From the NCBI GenBank assembly GCA_947085095.1, contig CAMTVD010000010.1:1-55341 (forward strand): a stretch of 55,341 nt of DNA. Reading direction: 5' to 3'. Shown in pieces: positions 33,613-42,967 of the stretch (position 1 is the stretch's first letter; every line of letters begins with the position of its first letter). The translations under genes and the position numbers were made by a program. The notes under the pieces were generated by a model. The model was not told the DNA's origin, made no database searches, and saw only the letters and a program-made list of their open reading frames with translations. This stretch comes from an uncultured Thermus sp. Its GTDB lineage: Bacteria > Deinococcota > Deinococci > Deinococcales > Thermaceae.

Positions 33613-34394
33613 GGGCTTTTAGCCTCCTGAAGAGGCCGCCTCGCCCCCCGGTAGGCCTTTTGGTAAAAGGGGGCCTCGAGGCTCTCAATCACCACCCGGC
33701 TCCCGTAGCTACTGGCGTGGGCGAAGACCCCCCGGCCCAGGTAGATGCCCACGTGGTCCACCTCCTTACCCCCAAAGCTGAAAAAGACCAGGTCCCCGGG
33801 GCGCAAAGTTTCGGCCACGGGCAGAGCGCGGTACTGCTCCCGGCTGGTCCGGGGCAGGGCCACCCCCAGCTCGGCGTAGACCTGGGCCACGAAGGCGGAG
33901 CAGTCCAGGCTCAAGGGCGAGTTGGCCCCGTACTTGTAGGGCACCCCCAGGTAGCGGAGGACTGCCTTCAGGAGGGGGCTTTCGGGGTCAAGGTCCTCTT
34001 TTGCCTCCTTTGCTCCCGGGGCCTCCCCCTCGAGGGCGGGGGCCAGCGGGGGAAGCTTCAGGACCTGTCCCACCTTGAGGTCCGGGGAGGCCAGGCCATT
34101 CAGGCGCATGAGCTCCTCCACCGTGGTCCCGTACCTCCGGGCGAGGGAGAAGAGGGTCTCCCCCGGGGCCACCACGTGGACCCGCTCCCCCGGGGCCTTC
34201 TCGGGGAGCCTGAGCACCTGCCCAGGCTGGATGAGGAAGCTTTCCAGGCCGTTCAGGCGCATGAGTTCCTCCACCGTGGTGCCATACTTCCGGGCAATGG
34301 AAAAAAGGGTATCCCCGGGGGCCACGGTGTGGGTGGGCTGGGCCAGGGCACCGGAGAGGAGCCAAAGGAACGCCAGAAGCTTCCTCCAGGTCAT
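33609..34394 (-). CDS. LysM-LysM-NlpC/P60 cell-wall endopeptidase
   Basis: Signal peptide, two LysM repeats, YLGVPYKYG, DCSAFV and HVGIY..HAS. Confidence 0.93.
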   Translation of the reverse strand: MTWRKLLAFLWLLSGALAQPTHTVAPGDTLFSIARKYGTTVEELMRLNGLESFLIQPGQVLRLPEKAPGERVHVVAPGETLFSLARRYGTTVEELMRLNGLASPDLKVGQVLKLPPLAPALEGEAPGAKEAKEDLDPESPLLKAVLRYLGVPYKYGANSPLSLDCSAFVAQVYAELGVALPRTSREQYRALPVAETLRPGDLVFFSFGGKEVDHVGIYLGRGVFAHASSYGSRVVIESLEAPFYQKAYRGARRPLQEAKSP

Positions 34395-34597
34395 GGTCCC
34401 ATTCTACGAAGAAGCCCCTTCCGGGCCTAGGCCAAGGCCTCTAGACCAGCCGGGCATAAGATCTAGGCGATACTTGCCATTAAGGAGGGAGGGAAGGCCT
34501 CTATGAGGGCCGCAAACCCCAGGGCGGCCGCGGAAGCCTAGGCCTGATGCCCAGAATGGATCTCCCCTCCCATCCTTACTCTGATCCTCCGCATCTC

Positions 34598-35059
34598 TCA
34601 CACCTCCGGCAACAGCGGCCTGGGTGGAAACAGAGGAGAAAGGACCAGGAGAGTGGTCGTCTCCCCGTAGGGCTGGATCCGGAGCAAGAGGGCCTCGAGG
34701 CGCTCTGGGGAGGACACAGCGATCCGGACAAGGTAGTCATCCTCCCCCGTGACCAGGTGGCCTTCCACCACCCCGGGAAGCCCGGACAGAAGGTGCTTCA
34801 GGAAATCCGCCTTGCCCATGAAGCAGCGGATTCGCACCAGGGCCACAACGGGCCTCCCCACCTTGGCCGGGTCCACCTCCATCCGGTACCCCAAGATAAG
34901 GCCCGCATCCTCCATGCGGTGCAGCCGCTCGGCCACCGCCGGCGGGGAAAGCCCAACCCTGCGCCCCAGCTCGGCAAAGGAGAGGCGTGCGTTGCCCTGC
35001 AGTAGTTCAAGGAGACGGCAATCCACCTTGTCCAGCAACCCTTTCTTACGTAGGTTCAT
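34598..35059 (-). CDS. Lrp/AsnC family transcriptional regulator
   Basis: LDKVD..LL..LQ.NAR.SFAELGRRVGLS..AVAERL..ME..G.I.GY and VTGEDDY. Confidence 0.92.
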   Translation of the reverse strand: MNLRKKGLLDKVDCRLLELLQGNARLSFAELGRRVGLSPPAVAERLHRMEDAGLILGYRMEVDPAKVGRPVVALVRIRCFMGKADFLKHLLSGLPGVVEGHLVTGEDDYLVRIAVSSPERLEALLLRIQPYGETTTLLVLSPLFPPRPLLPEV

Positions 35060-35165
35060 GCCCCATTCTGAGCTACCAAACCAAAGCAAAACGAGCGCTG
35101 GAACTCATTTTCCTTATTCCCCTTTCCGGCTGAAAGGTCTAGCCTGAAGAGGCAGGAGAGGAGGG

Positions 35166-35645
35166 ATGATTGCGATGAATTTCCCTCACCCCATTCAGCT
35201 GTACTTGGAAGCACGGCACCGGCAGGAGACCCTGCTGCGGGAGGCCGAAACAGAGCGGCTTCTCTCCCGTCGCAAAAGGGAGTCCCTAAAGCTTTGGGAT
35301 CGGATCCAGAACTATCTTTTCTGCAGGAAGGCCATGCCCTGCCTGAGTAGGGCTCTGGAAACCTTCCTCAGGGAGCATGCGGAGTGGAGAAACGGCTTCT
35401 TTGGTCCAACCTTTCTCCGCCACCACCTGGCCCCGGCCCTCCGCCGCAGTCCCGTGGGAGCTGAGGCCCTGGTAGAGCTTTGGAGCCGGCACCTGGATCT
35501 GGGAATAGAGGCTCAGGCAGGCTCGCAAGCCCGAATGGTCAAAGCCGCCCAGGAGTTTCTAGACCTCTTGGCCAAAGAAAAGAGCCTTCTAGACCTCTTG
35601 GCCAAGGAGAAGAGCCTTCCTTGGCGTCGCCCTAAGGGAACCTGA
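35166..35645 (+). CDS. Hypothetical protein
   Basis: 159-aa ORF with strong SD (GGAGAGGAGG), divergent from Lrp, atypical codon usage. Confidence 0.6.
   Translation: MIAMNFPHPIQLYLEARHRQETLLREAETERLLSRRKRESLKLWDRIQNYLFCRKAMPCLSRALETFLREHAEWRNGFFGPTFLRHHLAPALRRSPVGAEALVELWSRHLDLGIEAQAGSQARMVKAAQEFLDLLAKEKSLLDLLAKEKSLPWRRPKGT
35557..35616 (+). repeat. 30-bp tandem duplication (LDLLAKEKSL x2)
   Basis: TTCTAGACCTCTTGGCCAAAGAAAAGAGCC / TTCTAGACCTCTTGGCCAAGGAGAAGAGCC; 2 mismatches. Confidence 0.9.
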
Positions 35646-35701
35646 AGGGGTCCCCCCGGCTTGGCCCCCGGGCCAAGGTGTGCTACAATCCCTCAAGGCG
35701 G

Positions 35702-35777
35702 GGGCCGTTAGCTCAACTGGCAGAGCACCGGTCTCCAAAACCGGGGGTTGGAGGTTCGAGTCCTTCACGGCCCGCCA
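35702..35777 (+). tRNA. tRNA-Trp(CCA)
   Basis: GGGCCGTTAGCTCAA..CTCCAAA..GGTTCGAGTCC..ACGGCCCGCCA; TACAAT -10 upstream. Confidence 0.97.
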
Positions 35778-35780
35778 AAT

Positions 35781-35801
35781 AGCCCCGCAAAGGGGCTTTT
35801 T
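35781..35801 (+). terminator. Rho-independent terminator after tRNA-Trp
   Basis: AGCCCC-GCAAA-GGGGCT followed by a T run. Confidence 0.8.
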
Positions 35802-35805
35802 CCTT

Positions 35806-36504
35806 ATGGATGGGTACCGGGTCCTGGTGGTGGGGGCGGGCTTCGCGGGCAGCGAGGCCGCCTACCGCCTTGCCCAAGGAGGGGTGCGGGTGGGCCTCCT
35901 CACCCAGAGCCTGGACTCGGTGATGATGCCCTTCCTCCCCCCAAAGCCCCCCTTCCCCCCGGGGAGCCTCCTGGAAAAGGCCTACGACCCCGAAGACCCC
36001 CGCATCTGGGCCTTCCACGCCCGGGCCAAGTACCTCTTAGAGGGGGAAAGGAACCTCCACCTCTTCCAGGCCACGGCCACGGGGCTCCTTCTGGAGGGGG
36101 ACCGGGTGGTGGGGGTGAGGACCTGGGAGGGCCCCCCGGTGCGGGCGGAGCGGGTGGTCCTGGCGGTGGGGAGCTTCCTCGGGGCTAGGCTCTTTATCGG
36201 AGAGGTGGAGGAGGAGGCGGGGCGGCTTTCCGAGGTCAGCTACCCAGACCTCTTGGAAAACCTCCTCTCGCTGGGCTTCCGCTTCGTGGAAAGGGAGGGG
36301 AGCGTGCCCGAGACCCCAGGCACCCCCGGCTACCGGGTGCGCTACCGGGCCTTCCACCCCGAGGAATGGGAGGAGGCCACCTTGCGCCTGAGGCGGCTAG
36401 AGGGGCTCTACGCCGTGGGGCTTTGTGTGCGGGAAGGGGACTACGCCCTCATGAGCCAAGAGGGCCTCCGCCTGGCGGAGCACCTTCTCCATGAGCCTGG
36501 GTAG
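35806..36504 (+). CDS. Short GidA-related FAD-dependent protein
   Basis: VLVVGAGFAGSEAA and VVLAVGSFL; 232 aa, far shorter than MnmG. Confidence 0.8.
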   Translation: MDGYRVLVVGAGFAGSEAAYRLAQGGVRVGLLTQSLDSVMMPFLPPKPPFPPGSLLEKAYDPEDPRIWAFHARAKYLLEGERNLHLFQATATGLLLEGDRVVGVRTWEGPPVRAERVVLAVGSFLGARLFIGEVEEEAGRLSEVSYPDLLENLLSLGFRFVEREGSVPETPGTPGYRVRYRAFHPEEWEEATLRLRRLEGLYAVGLCVREGDYALMSQEGLRLAEHLLHEPG

Positions 36505-37398
36505 GGGCCTTGCCCCGGGGTCCTCCCCCTCACCGTCCCAGAGGGCCCCGTGGACCTCCAGCAAAAGCCTCCGGTGGGTGAGGGCGTGGCGCACCTCCCC
36601 CAGGAAGCGGGGGGCAACCCCGAAGGCCTTGGCCTTTGCCGGAAGCTCCGCCACCGGGAAAAGGGGCACGCCGTAAAGGCCCTGGAAACGTCCTTGCAAA
36701 AGCTCAAGATAAACTCCTTTCCGCCCCAGGAGCACCAAGGCGGCGAGGCGCTCCTCTTTAGCCTTTCGCCTCCGCGGAAGGGGGTAGCGCTCGGCGACCC
36801 CCTTCCCCTGGCAGGCTGTGGCCAGGGGGCACGCCCCGCAGAGGGGCTTCTTGGGCAGGCAGACCGTGGCCCCCAGCTCCATGAGGGCCTGGTTCCACTC
36901 CCCGGGGTGGGCCTCCTGGGGGAGAAGGCCCTGGGCCAGCTCCTGGAGGGCCTTGGAAGAGGGGTTTTCCAGGGCGAAGAGGCGGGCGAGGACCCGGCGC
37001 ACGTTCCCGTCCACCGCCGCCACCCGCTCCCCAAAGGCCATGGAGGCCACCGCGGCCGCGGTGTAGGGGCCGAGGCCGGGAAGCCTGAGGAGCTGGGCGC
37101 AGGTCCTGGGCAGGTCCTCCGCCTCCTGGGCCAGGCGGTGGAGGTGGATGGCCCGGCGGTAGTAGCCCGCCCCCTGCCAGACCCGAAGCACCTCCTCCAA
37201 GGAGGCCTCCCGCAGGGCCCTTAGCGTGGGGAAGCGCTCCAGGAAACGGTGGTAGTAGGGGATGGCCTGCCGGACCCGGGTCTGTTGCAGGAGGACCTCG
37301 GCCACCAGGACCCGGTAGGGGTCCCTCTCCCCCCGCCAGGGGAGGGGCCTCCGGTGGGCCCGAAACCAGCGGAGGAGGGCCTCCTGCCAGGGCTCCAC
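36397..37398 (-). CDS. mutY: A/G-specific adenine glycosylase
   Basis: LPWR, EVLLQQT, LPGLGPYTA, VDGNVRRV and C-X6-C-X2-C-X5-C Fe-S motif. Confidence 0.95.
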   Translation of the reverse strand: MEPWQEALLRWFRAHRRPLPWRGERDPYRVLVAEVLLQQTRVRQAIPYYHRFLERFPTLRALREASLEEVLRVWQGAGYYRRAIHLHRLAQEAEDLPRTCAQLLRLPGLGPYTAAAVASMAFGERVAAVDGNVRRVLARLFALENPSSKALQELAQGLLPQEAHPGEWNQALMELGATVCLPKKPLCGACPLATACQGKGVAERYPLPRRRKAKEERLAALVLLGRKGVYLELLQGRFQGLYGVPLFPVAELPAKAKAFGVAPRFLGEVRHALTHRRLLLEVHGALWDGEGEDPGARPLPRLMEKVLRQAEALLAHEGVVPFPHTKPHGVEPL

Positions 37399-37400
37399 GG

Positions 37401-37811
37401 CTAACCCCCAAGGAGCTTCTTGTGCTCCACCATGAGGCAGCGGTCCGCCACCACGGGGATGCCCGCCTCCCGAAGCCTCTTTTCAAACTCCGGGTTGCGG
37501 ATACCCGACTGGAGCCAGACCAGACCGGGCCTCAGGGCGAGGACCTCCTCGAGGTGGCCCAGAAGGGCCTCCCCCGGTCGGAAGACGTCCAGGACATCCA
37601 CGGGTTCCCCCAGTTCCCCAAGGCTCGCCACCACCTTTTCCCCAAAAAGCTCCTCGCCGGCGAAGCGGGGGTTCACGGGCAGGATGCGGTAGCCCTTCTC
37701 CCAGAGGTAGCGGGGCACGTAGTGGGCGGGGCGGGAAGGGTCCTGGTGGGCCCCGAGAACAGCGATGGTGCGGGCCTTTTCCAGATGAGCCTTCAGCCAG
37801 GCGTCCACCAT
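37401..37811 (-). CDS. CoA-binding protein (YccU family)
   Basis: IAVLGA, PVNP, VDVLDVFR, WLQSGI and DRCLMVEH. Confidence 0.9.
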   Translation of the reverse strand: MVDAWLKAHLEKARTIAVLGAHQDPSRPAHYVPRYLWEKGYRILPVNPRFAGEELFGEKVVASLGELGEPVDVLDVFRPGEALLGHLEEVLALRPGLVWLQSGIRNPEFEKRLREAGIPVVADRCLMVEHKKLLGG

Positions 37812-38458
37812 CAGCGCACCCTCCTTTCCAGAACCTCCCCGATCTGCTTGGCCTCGGCGAAGGTGAGGCGTGACGGCAGGGCCTTTAGGTGGCCCAGCAA
37901 GTCCTCCTCCCCCATGACCCAAAGACGCCCCACCTGGCCCTTAACCTTCTTGTCCAAGAAGACCAGGATGGGCTGGACCTCCACCCCCAGGAGCTCCTGA
38001 AGCTTGTGGGCCTGCCGCCAGGCCTGGCGCACCAGGTCGTCCCGCCGCTGGCCCCGGACCCATAGCCCATTGGGGCGCACTTCCACGGGGCCGCTATAGT
38101 TCTTCACCTCCACGTTGAAGACACCCCCAGGCCCTACAACCACGTGGTCGGCGTTTTCCCCGTCCAGATCCACGTCATGAAACACCTTCCAGGTGGAAGG
38201 AAGACCAGCAAGGATGCGCCCCACGCGGGCCTCACCCCGGTAGCCCCGGACGTTGGCCACCACCAGGCGCTCCACATCCTTCTCCTGGAGCATCCTGACC
38301 ACGGCCAACAGGGCCAAGGGTAAAGCCAGAGCCCCCATCCAGGGCACTGTAAGCTTGATCAAAAACCAGGTGGCTAACCCCACGCCCCCGAGAACAGCGG
38401 CTATCCGCCAAATCCTTCTGTAGAGGGTCTTTCCGGCCTTTCCAATCTCCCGTGCCAT
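37811..38458 (-). CDS. NERD-domain (nuclease-related) membrane-anchored protein
   Basis: Two N-terminal TM segments; G..GE..V, HD, DHVVVGPGGVF.VEVK. Confidence 0.85.
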   Translation of the reverse strand: MAREIGKAGKTLYRRIWRIAAVLGGVGLATWFLIKLTVPWMGALALPLALLAVVRMLQEKDVERLVVANVRGYRGEARVGRILAGLPSTWKVFHDVDLDGENADHVVVGPGGVFNVEVKNYSGPVEVRPNGLWVRGQRRDDLVRQAWRQAHKLQELLGVEVQPILVFLDKKVKGQVGRLWVMGEEDLLGHLKALPSRLTFAEAKQIGEVLERRVR

Positions 38459-38463
38459 AGTCC

Positions 38464-39309
38464 TTAGGGCCTGTAGTCCAAGGGCCTCAGGTAGAACTCC
38501 CCGATGGCCGTGGAGGAAAGGAGGCCCACCGTGGGCAGGGCCCGCTTCCAGTGGGTCCGGTTCACCCGCTCCTTGACCCTCCGGATTTCCTCCTCGCTGA
38601 AGCCCAGGCCCAGGAGGTAGCCCTCGGGGTAGCCCTTCAGGTAGTGCTCCAGGATGACGTCGGCCCGCAGGTAGCGCACCCCCAGGTCCCCCTCGTCCGT
38701 CTGGCCGGGGATGAGGTCCGCCGTGGGAGGCTTCTCCACCACCGCCTCGGGCACCCCCAGGAAGCGGGCCAGGGCCCAGACCTGGGTCTTGTACAGGTCC
38801 CCTAGGGGGTTCACGGGCGGGGTGTCGTCCCCGTGCCAGGTGAAGTAGCCGAAAAGCCGCTCGGTTTTGTTCCCCGTGCCTAAGGGAAGGGCGCGGTAGG
38901 CCTGGGACTTGTCAAAGAGGACCACCATCCGCACCCGGGCCATGACGTTCCCCTTGCGGTGGGGGGTGAGGTCCGGGGTCAGGGCGGCGTAGGCCTCCAC
39001 CATAGGGGTGATGTCCACTTCCTCCAGGGCCACGCCAAAGGCCTCCGCCACCAGATGGGCGTGGGCCCGGGAAAGGGGGTTGGAGTCCCGATGGGGGAGG
39101 AAAAGGGCGTGGACCCTTTCCGCCCCCAGGGCCCGCACCGCCAGGGCCAGGGTGGTGGCCGAGTCCACCCCCCCAGAGACCGCCACCAGGGCCTTCTCGT
39201 AGCCCCGCCAGGAAAGCTCCTCCCGGATAAAGCGGGTGAGGAAGTCCGCCACCAAAGGCCAGTTGAGCTCCAGGCTCTCCTGAAGCTTAGGGGCCTGCAC
39301 CAGCTTCAT
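38464..39309 (-). CDS. nadE: NAD+ synthetase (synthetase subunit)
   Basis: SGGVDS, GNVMARVRM, GTGNKTE, DLYKTQV and PTADL..GQTDE. Confidence 0.95.
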   Translation of the reverse strand: MKLVQAPKLQESLELNWPLVADFLTRFIREELSWRGYEKALVAVSGGVDSATTLALAVRALGAERVHALFLPHRDSNPLSRAHAHLVAEAFGVALEEVDITPMVEAYAALTPDLTPHRKGNVMARVRMVVLFDKSQAYRALPLGTGNKTERLFGYFTWHGDDTPPVNPLGDLYKTQVWALARFLGVPEAVVEKPPTADLIPGQTDEGDLGVRYLRADVILEHYLKGYPEGYLLGLGFSEEEIRRVKERVNRTHWKRALPTVGLLSSTAIGEFYLRPLDYRP

Positions 39310-40172
39310 GACACCTCCCTTCGCGAAACCCGCTCCAGGTCGGGAAGAAGAAGGGGGAGGGCCGCCTGGAGGTCGGAAAGCAAGGGGCTATCGTAGCGCA
39401 CCGGGGGGATGCGCTCCCGGTCCAGCTCAAAGAGCAGGGCGGCTTCCTCAAAGAGGGGGGCCTCGGCGAGGATCCGGCCCTCGGGGCCCACCACCAGGCT
39501 TCCCCCGCTCATCCCCTTCCCCCCCTCAAAGCCCACCAGGCTGGCCAGGACCACGTACACTCCGTGCTCCGCCCCCACCGCCTGGGCCAGGGTGCGCCAG
39601 CGTTCCACGTTCTCGGGGCGCTCCCCCTGAAAGCCCCGGGCCGGGCTGGCGGCGGGCACGTAGATGACCTCAGCCCCGTCCAGGGCGGCGATGGCCGCGG
39701 TAACCGAATGCCAGAAGTCCTCGCAGATCAGGATGGCCGCCCGGCCAAAGCGAGTCTGGAAAGCCTCTATGCGGCTTCCCCGGGCCAGGTAGCGCTCCTC
39801 GTCAAAGACGCCGTAGGTGGGGAGGAAGACCTTGCGGTGGACGTGAACCACGCGGTGGGGAAGCTCCAGGTAGGCGGCGCTGTTGTAGTAAGCCCCCCCA
39901 TCCCGCTCGTAAAAGCCCACCACCACGTCCAAAAGCCCCTCCCAGCCCACCTTGCGGTGAAGCCCGGAGAGGAGTTCCAAAAGCTCGTGCCGGGTGAGGG
40001 CCAGCTCCCGCACCCCGCCCTGGAGAAAGTAGCCGGTGAGGGCCGCCTCGGGGAGGACCACCACCTGGGGGGCGTGGGGCTTCAGGGCCTCGAGGTGGGC
40101 CTGAAGGCGAAGGAGGCTCTCCTTAAGCCGGGACTTCTCCGGCCTGAACTGCAAGACCGCATGCCGCGCCAC
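39306..40172 (-). CDS. Nitrilase-fold amidase, probable glutaminase partner of NadE
   Basis: E-K-C triad (LPE, HRKVFLPTYGVFDE.RY, ICEDFW). ATGA overlap with nadE. Confidence 0.85.
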   Translation of the reverse strand: MARHAVLQFRPEKSRLKESLLRLQAHLEALKPHAPQVVVLPEAALTGYFLQGGVRELALTRHELLELLSGLHRKVGWEGLLDVVVGFYERDGGAYYNSAAYLELPHRVVHVHRKVFLPTYGVFDEERYLARGSRIEAFQTRFGRAAILICEDFWHSVTAAIAALDGAEVIYVPAASPARGFQGERPENVERWRTLAQAVGAEHGVYVVLASLVGFEGGKGMSGGSLVVGPEGRILAEAPLFEEAALLFELDRERIPPVRYDSPLLSDLQAALPLLLPDLERVSRREVS

Positions 40173-40210
40173 GCCCCTATCCTACTCCCCGCACCCCGGG
40201 GAATAAGGGG

Positions 40211-41767
40211 TTAGGCCACCTCCAGGTAGAGCCTGGGGTCGGCATCGGGGAAGGGGTTGTCCTGTTCCTCCAAGGCCTTAAGCTCCTCCTCGGAAACCCC
40301 CTTTAAGAGGCGGAAAAAGGCCTCCGCATGCCCCCGGTAGCGCTCCTGGGCGTAGGCCTCCGCCTGGCCGGTGTCTATGAGGAAGGGCCAGTCCGAGGCC
40401 TCGAGGAGCAAAAGCTCCCGCATGGCCTGGCGCAGGAGGCGGTGGGAGAGGTTGCCCCGGCGCACCGCCTCCTTTAGGGCACCCTCCGCCCGGTAGACCT
40501 CCCGCCAGTAGTCCAGGGTCTTCCCGTTGAGCCAGACCCGGTGGTCCCCGCCCCGGCCCCAGGAGCCCTCGGGCAGGGCGGCCCGGACCGCCTTTCCCTG
40601 CACCGCCTCCCTGGTGGTCACCGCCCTCACCCCCGAACGTGCCAAAAGGCGCAGGACCTCCTCCAGCCAGGCCACCCCCTCGTACCACCAGTGGCCGAAA
40701 AGCTCGGCATCGTAGGGGGAGAGGATGATCCCGTCCGGATGCTCCGCCGCCAAACGGGCCAAAAGGTCCACGAAGTGGGCGGCGTGCTCCTTGGTCTTGG
40801 CGAAGGCCGCCTCGGGGTCGTAGGGGGCCTTGGCGGAGAGGTCTTTCTGGCGGTGGGTCACCCGCCAGTGGTGGAGGCCGGAAAGGGCGTCCTTGCGGTG
40901 GAACTCCCGGTAAAGCCCATCCCCGGGGTAGCCGTGGTCGGCACTCCACACCTGCAGGGTGGTCTCCTGGTTGCGGGCAAGGACCCTGAGGCCCGATTCC
41001 AGCTCGTGCACGTAGTAGGTGGCCGCAGCGCTCTCCACCCTTTCCCAGGAGGCCTCCCCATAGGGGGATAAAGCCTTCCCCCCCTGGACCAGGTGAGCGT
41101 CCACGAAGGTGTAGCGGATGCCCGCCCGCATCAGAAGCTCGTCCACCCCCGCCCTGAGGCCCTCCGGGGGGCCCTCCACCGGGGGCTTCCAGTACCCTTT
41201 GGGCCGGTAGGCCATCTCGGGGAGCCAAAAGCCCGTGGGGTCCTTGGCGAAGTGGCGGCGGTAGGTGGCCACCCCGGTCTTCACCTGGGCCCAGAGGGCC
41301 TCGTCGTAGCCCAGGAGGGGGGAGTAGCCGTGGGTGGCGTTGGAGGCGAGGAGCTCAATCTGTCCCCGGTCCTGGGCCCTGCGGAAGGCCTGGAGGAGGT
41401 CCCCGCCCAAGTGGTGAAAGTGGTCCAGGGTGAGCTCCCAGAAGGCCACCTGGTGGCGGGCGCTTTTCTCCAGTTCGCTTCCCTGGTAGCGCAGGTAGTC
41501 GCTCTGGGCCCGCTCCAGGCGGTCCTTGGCGTAGGACTGGAAGCCCGCCTTCACCTTGGCGTCGCTTAGCTGCTCCGCCAGGATAGGGGTGATGCCCAGG
41601 GTGAACCGGGCCTCTATGCCCTCTTGCCAAAGCCGCTCCAAGGCCCTAATGAGGGGCAGGTAGGTCTCGGCCATGGCCTCGTAGAGGGTTTCCTCCCCAA
41701 AGGGCCACAGGCCGTGGGAGCGCACGTAGGGCAGATGGGCGTGGAGGACCAGGGCGAAGCGCGCCAT
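40211..41767 (-). CDS. GH57 1,4-alpha-glucan branching enzyme
   Basis: [28 protein letters not shown] and ASDWPF. Confidence 0.92.
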   Translation of the reverse strand: MARFALVLHAHLPYVRSHGLWPFGEETLYEAMAETYLPLIRALERLWQEGIEARFTLGITPILAEQLSDAKVKAGFQSYAKDRLERAQSDYLRYQGSELEKSARHQVAFWELTLDHFHHLGGDLLQAFRRAQDRGQIELLASNATHGYSPLLGYDEALWAQVKTGVATYRRHFAKDPTGFWLPEMAYRPKGYWKPPVEGPPEGLRAGVDELLMRAGIRYTFVDAHLVQGGKALSPYGEASWERVESAAATYYVHELESGLRVLARNQETTLQVWSADHGYPGDGLYREFHRKDALSGLHHWRVTHRQKDLSAKAPYDPEAAFAKTKEHAAHFVDLLARLAAEHPDGIILSPYDAELFGHWWYEGVAWLEEVLRLLARSGVRAVTTREAVQGKAVRAALPEGSWGRGGDHRVWLNGKTLDYWREVYRAEGALKEAVRRGNLSHRLLRQAMRELLLLEASDWPFLIDTGQAEAYAQERYRGHAEAFFRLLKGVSEEELKALEEQDNPFPDADPRLYLEVA

Positions 41768-41771
41768 GGGT

Positions 41772-42581
41772 CTAGCGTACCACAGTGCCTTCCCCGGAAA
41801 GGGCCCGCCTTATGGGGTTTTCCACCCGGGCATCGGCGAAGATCACCCGCCCCACCCCGCCCCTCACCGCCTCCACCGCCCCCATCACCTTCCGCTTCAT
41901 CCGCCCCTGGGCCAGGGCCAGGTACTGGGGGTCCTCCACCCTTTCCACCGGGATCTCCCGCACCAAGGAGGCCTCGTCGGGGTAGCGGGCGAGGAGGCCG
42001 GGCACGTTGGAGAGGTAGACCAGGGCCTCGGCCCGGTACGTGGTGGCCAGGAGGGCCGCCACCTGGTCCCCGTCGGTGTTGATGGCCTCCCCCTCGTGGC
42101 TGATGGCGGGGGGGGTGAGGACGGGGAGGTAGCCGTTTTCCAAAAGAAGGTCCAGAAGGGCCTGGTTTACCCTTTCCACCGTGCCCGTGTAATCCCCGCG
42201 GTGGATCTTGACCTTGCCCTCCTCCACGTACTTCACCGCCGCCTTGCGGCGGCCCAAGAGAAGCCTCCCGTCCAGGCCGGAAAGGCCGATGGCGTTCACC
42301 CCCTCCTTCTGCAGGAGTTCCACTAAACGCTTGTTCACCAGGCCGGCGTAGACCATGGTGAAGATCTCCAGGGTCCTCCGGTCCGTGAGGCGGCTCACCT
42401 GGCCCCCGGGGTGGGTGAGAAACCGAGGAGGGTGGCCCAGGGCCTCCGCCACCTTGTTGGTCTCGGAACTCCCCCCGTGCACCAGAAGAAGCCTTTCCCC
42501 CTCCTTCCACAAGGAGGCCGCGTCCTTGGCCACGGCCTCGTAGTTGATGCCCTCCGCGCCGCCTACCTTGACCACAATCAT
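41772..42581 (-). CDS. lysZ: [LysW]-aminoadipate kinase
   Basis: VVKVGG, VHGGS, NTDGD and MKRK; located in the lys operon. Confidence 0.93.
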   Translation of the reverse strand: MIVVKVGGAEGINYEAVAKDAASLWKEGERLLLVHGGSSETNKVAEALGHPPRFLTHPGGQVSRLTDRRTLEIFTMVYAGLVNKRLVELLQKEGVNAIGLSGLDGRLLLGRRKAAVKYVEEGKVKIHRGDYTGTVERVNQALLDLLLENGYLPVLTPPAISHEGEAINTDGDQVAALLATTYRAEALVYLSNVPGLLARYPDEASLVREIPVERVEDPQYLALAQGRMKRKVMGAVEAVRGGVGRVIFADARVENPIRRALSGEGTVVR

Positions 42582-42967
42582 GGCAACAGCTCCAGATAAC
42601 CCAGCCCCCTGGGCCTAAAACGGGTGAAGTCCCTCCTGTCCAGGGTCAGAACCCTCCTTACCCTGCGCTTCTCCGCCAGGACCACGATGCGGGCGTCCAC
42701 AAAGCCCACCCCCGGGTAGGCGTCCATGACCTCGAGGGCCCGGGGGAGGTTCTCCGCCAGAAAGGGAAGGTACAGGCCTTCCCCCCGGGCCAGACCCTCC
42801 AGAAAGCCCCTGACCTCGTCTTCCCCCAGCCGGTGCCGGGCCAGACGGTCTACCTCGGGCAGGATGGTGCCTGGAAGCAAAAGCCGCCCCTTCAAGGCGC
42901 CCTTGGCCGCCTCGTGAAGGGGATGGGCCCGATCCAGAAGGACCAGGACCCCGCTGGTGTCCAGCCC
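42578..42967 (-). pseudogene. vapC: VapC/PIN toxin lacking its start codon
   Basis: Open frame LDTSG..LPEV..GFVDA..TLDRRDF. No ATG/GTG/TTG between the upstream in-frame TAG and LDTS. Confidence 0.72.

Noticed and set aside
34066..34335. Similar repeated DNA segments
   Set aside because: Two coding LysM domains.
34395..34597. Possible c-di-AMP riboswitch before the LysM/NlpC gene
   Set aside because: No recognisable consensus, and the gene has a -10 box 6 nt from its ATG.
35680..35805. N-terminal extension of the GidA-like ORF
   Set aside because: It runs through tRNA-Trp and its terminator; ATG 35806 is the plausible start.
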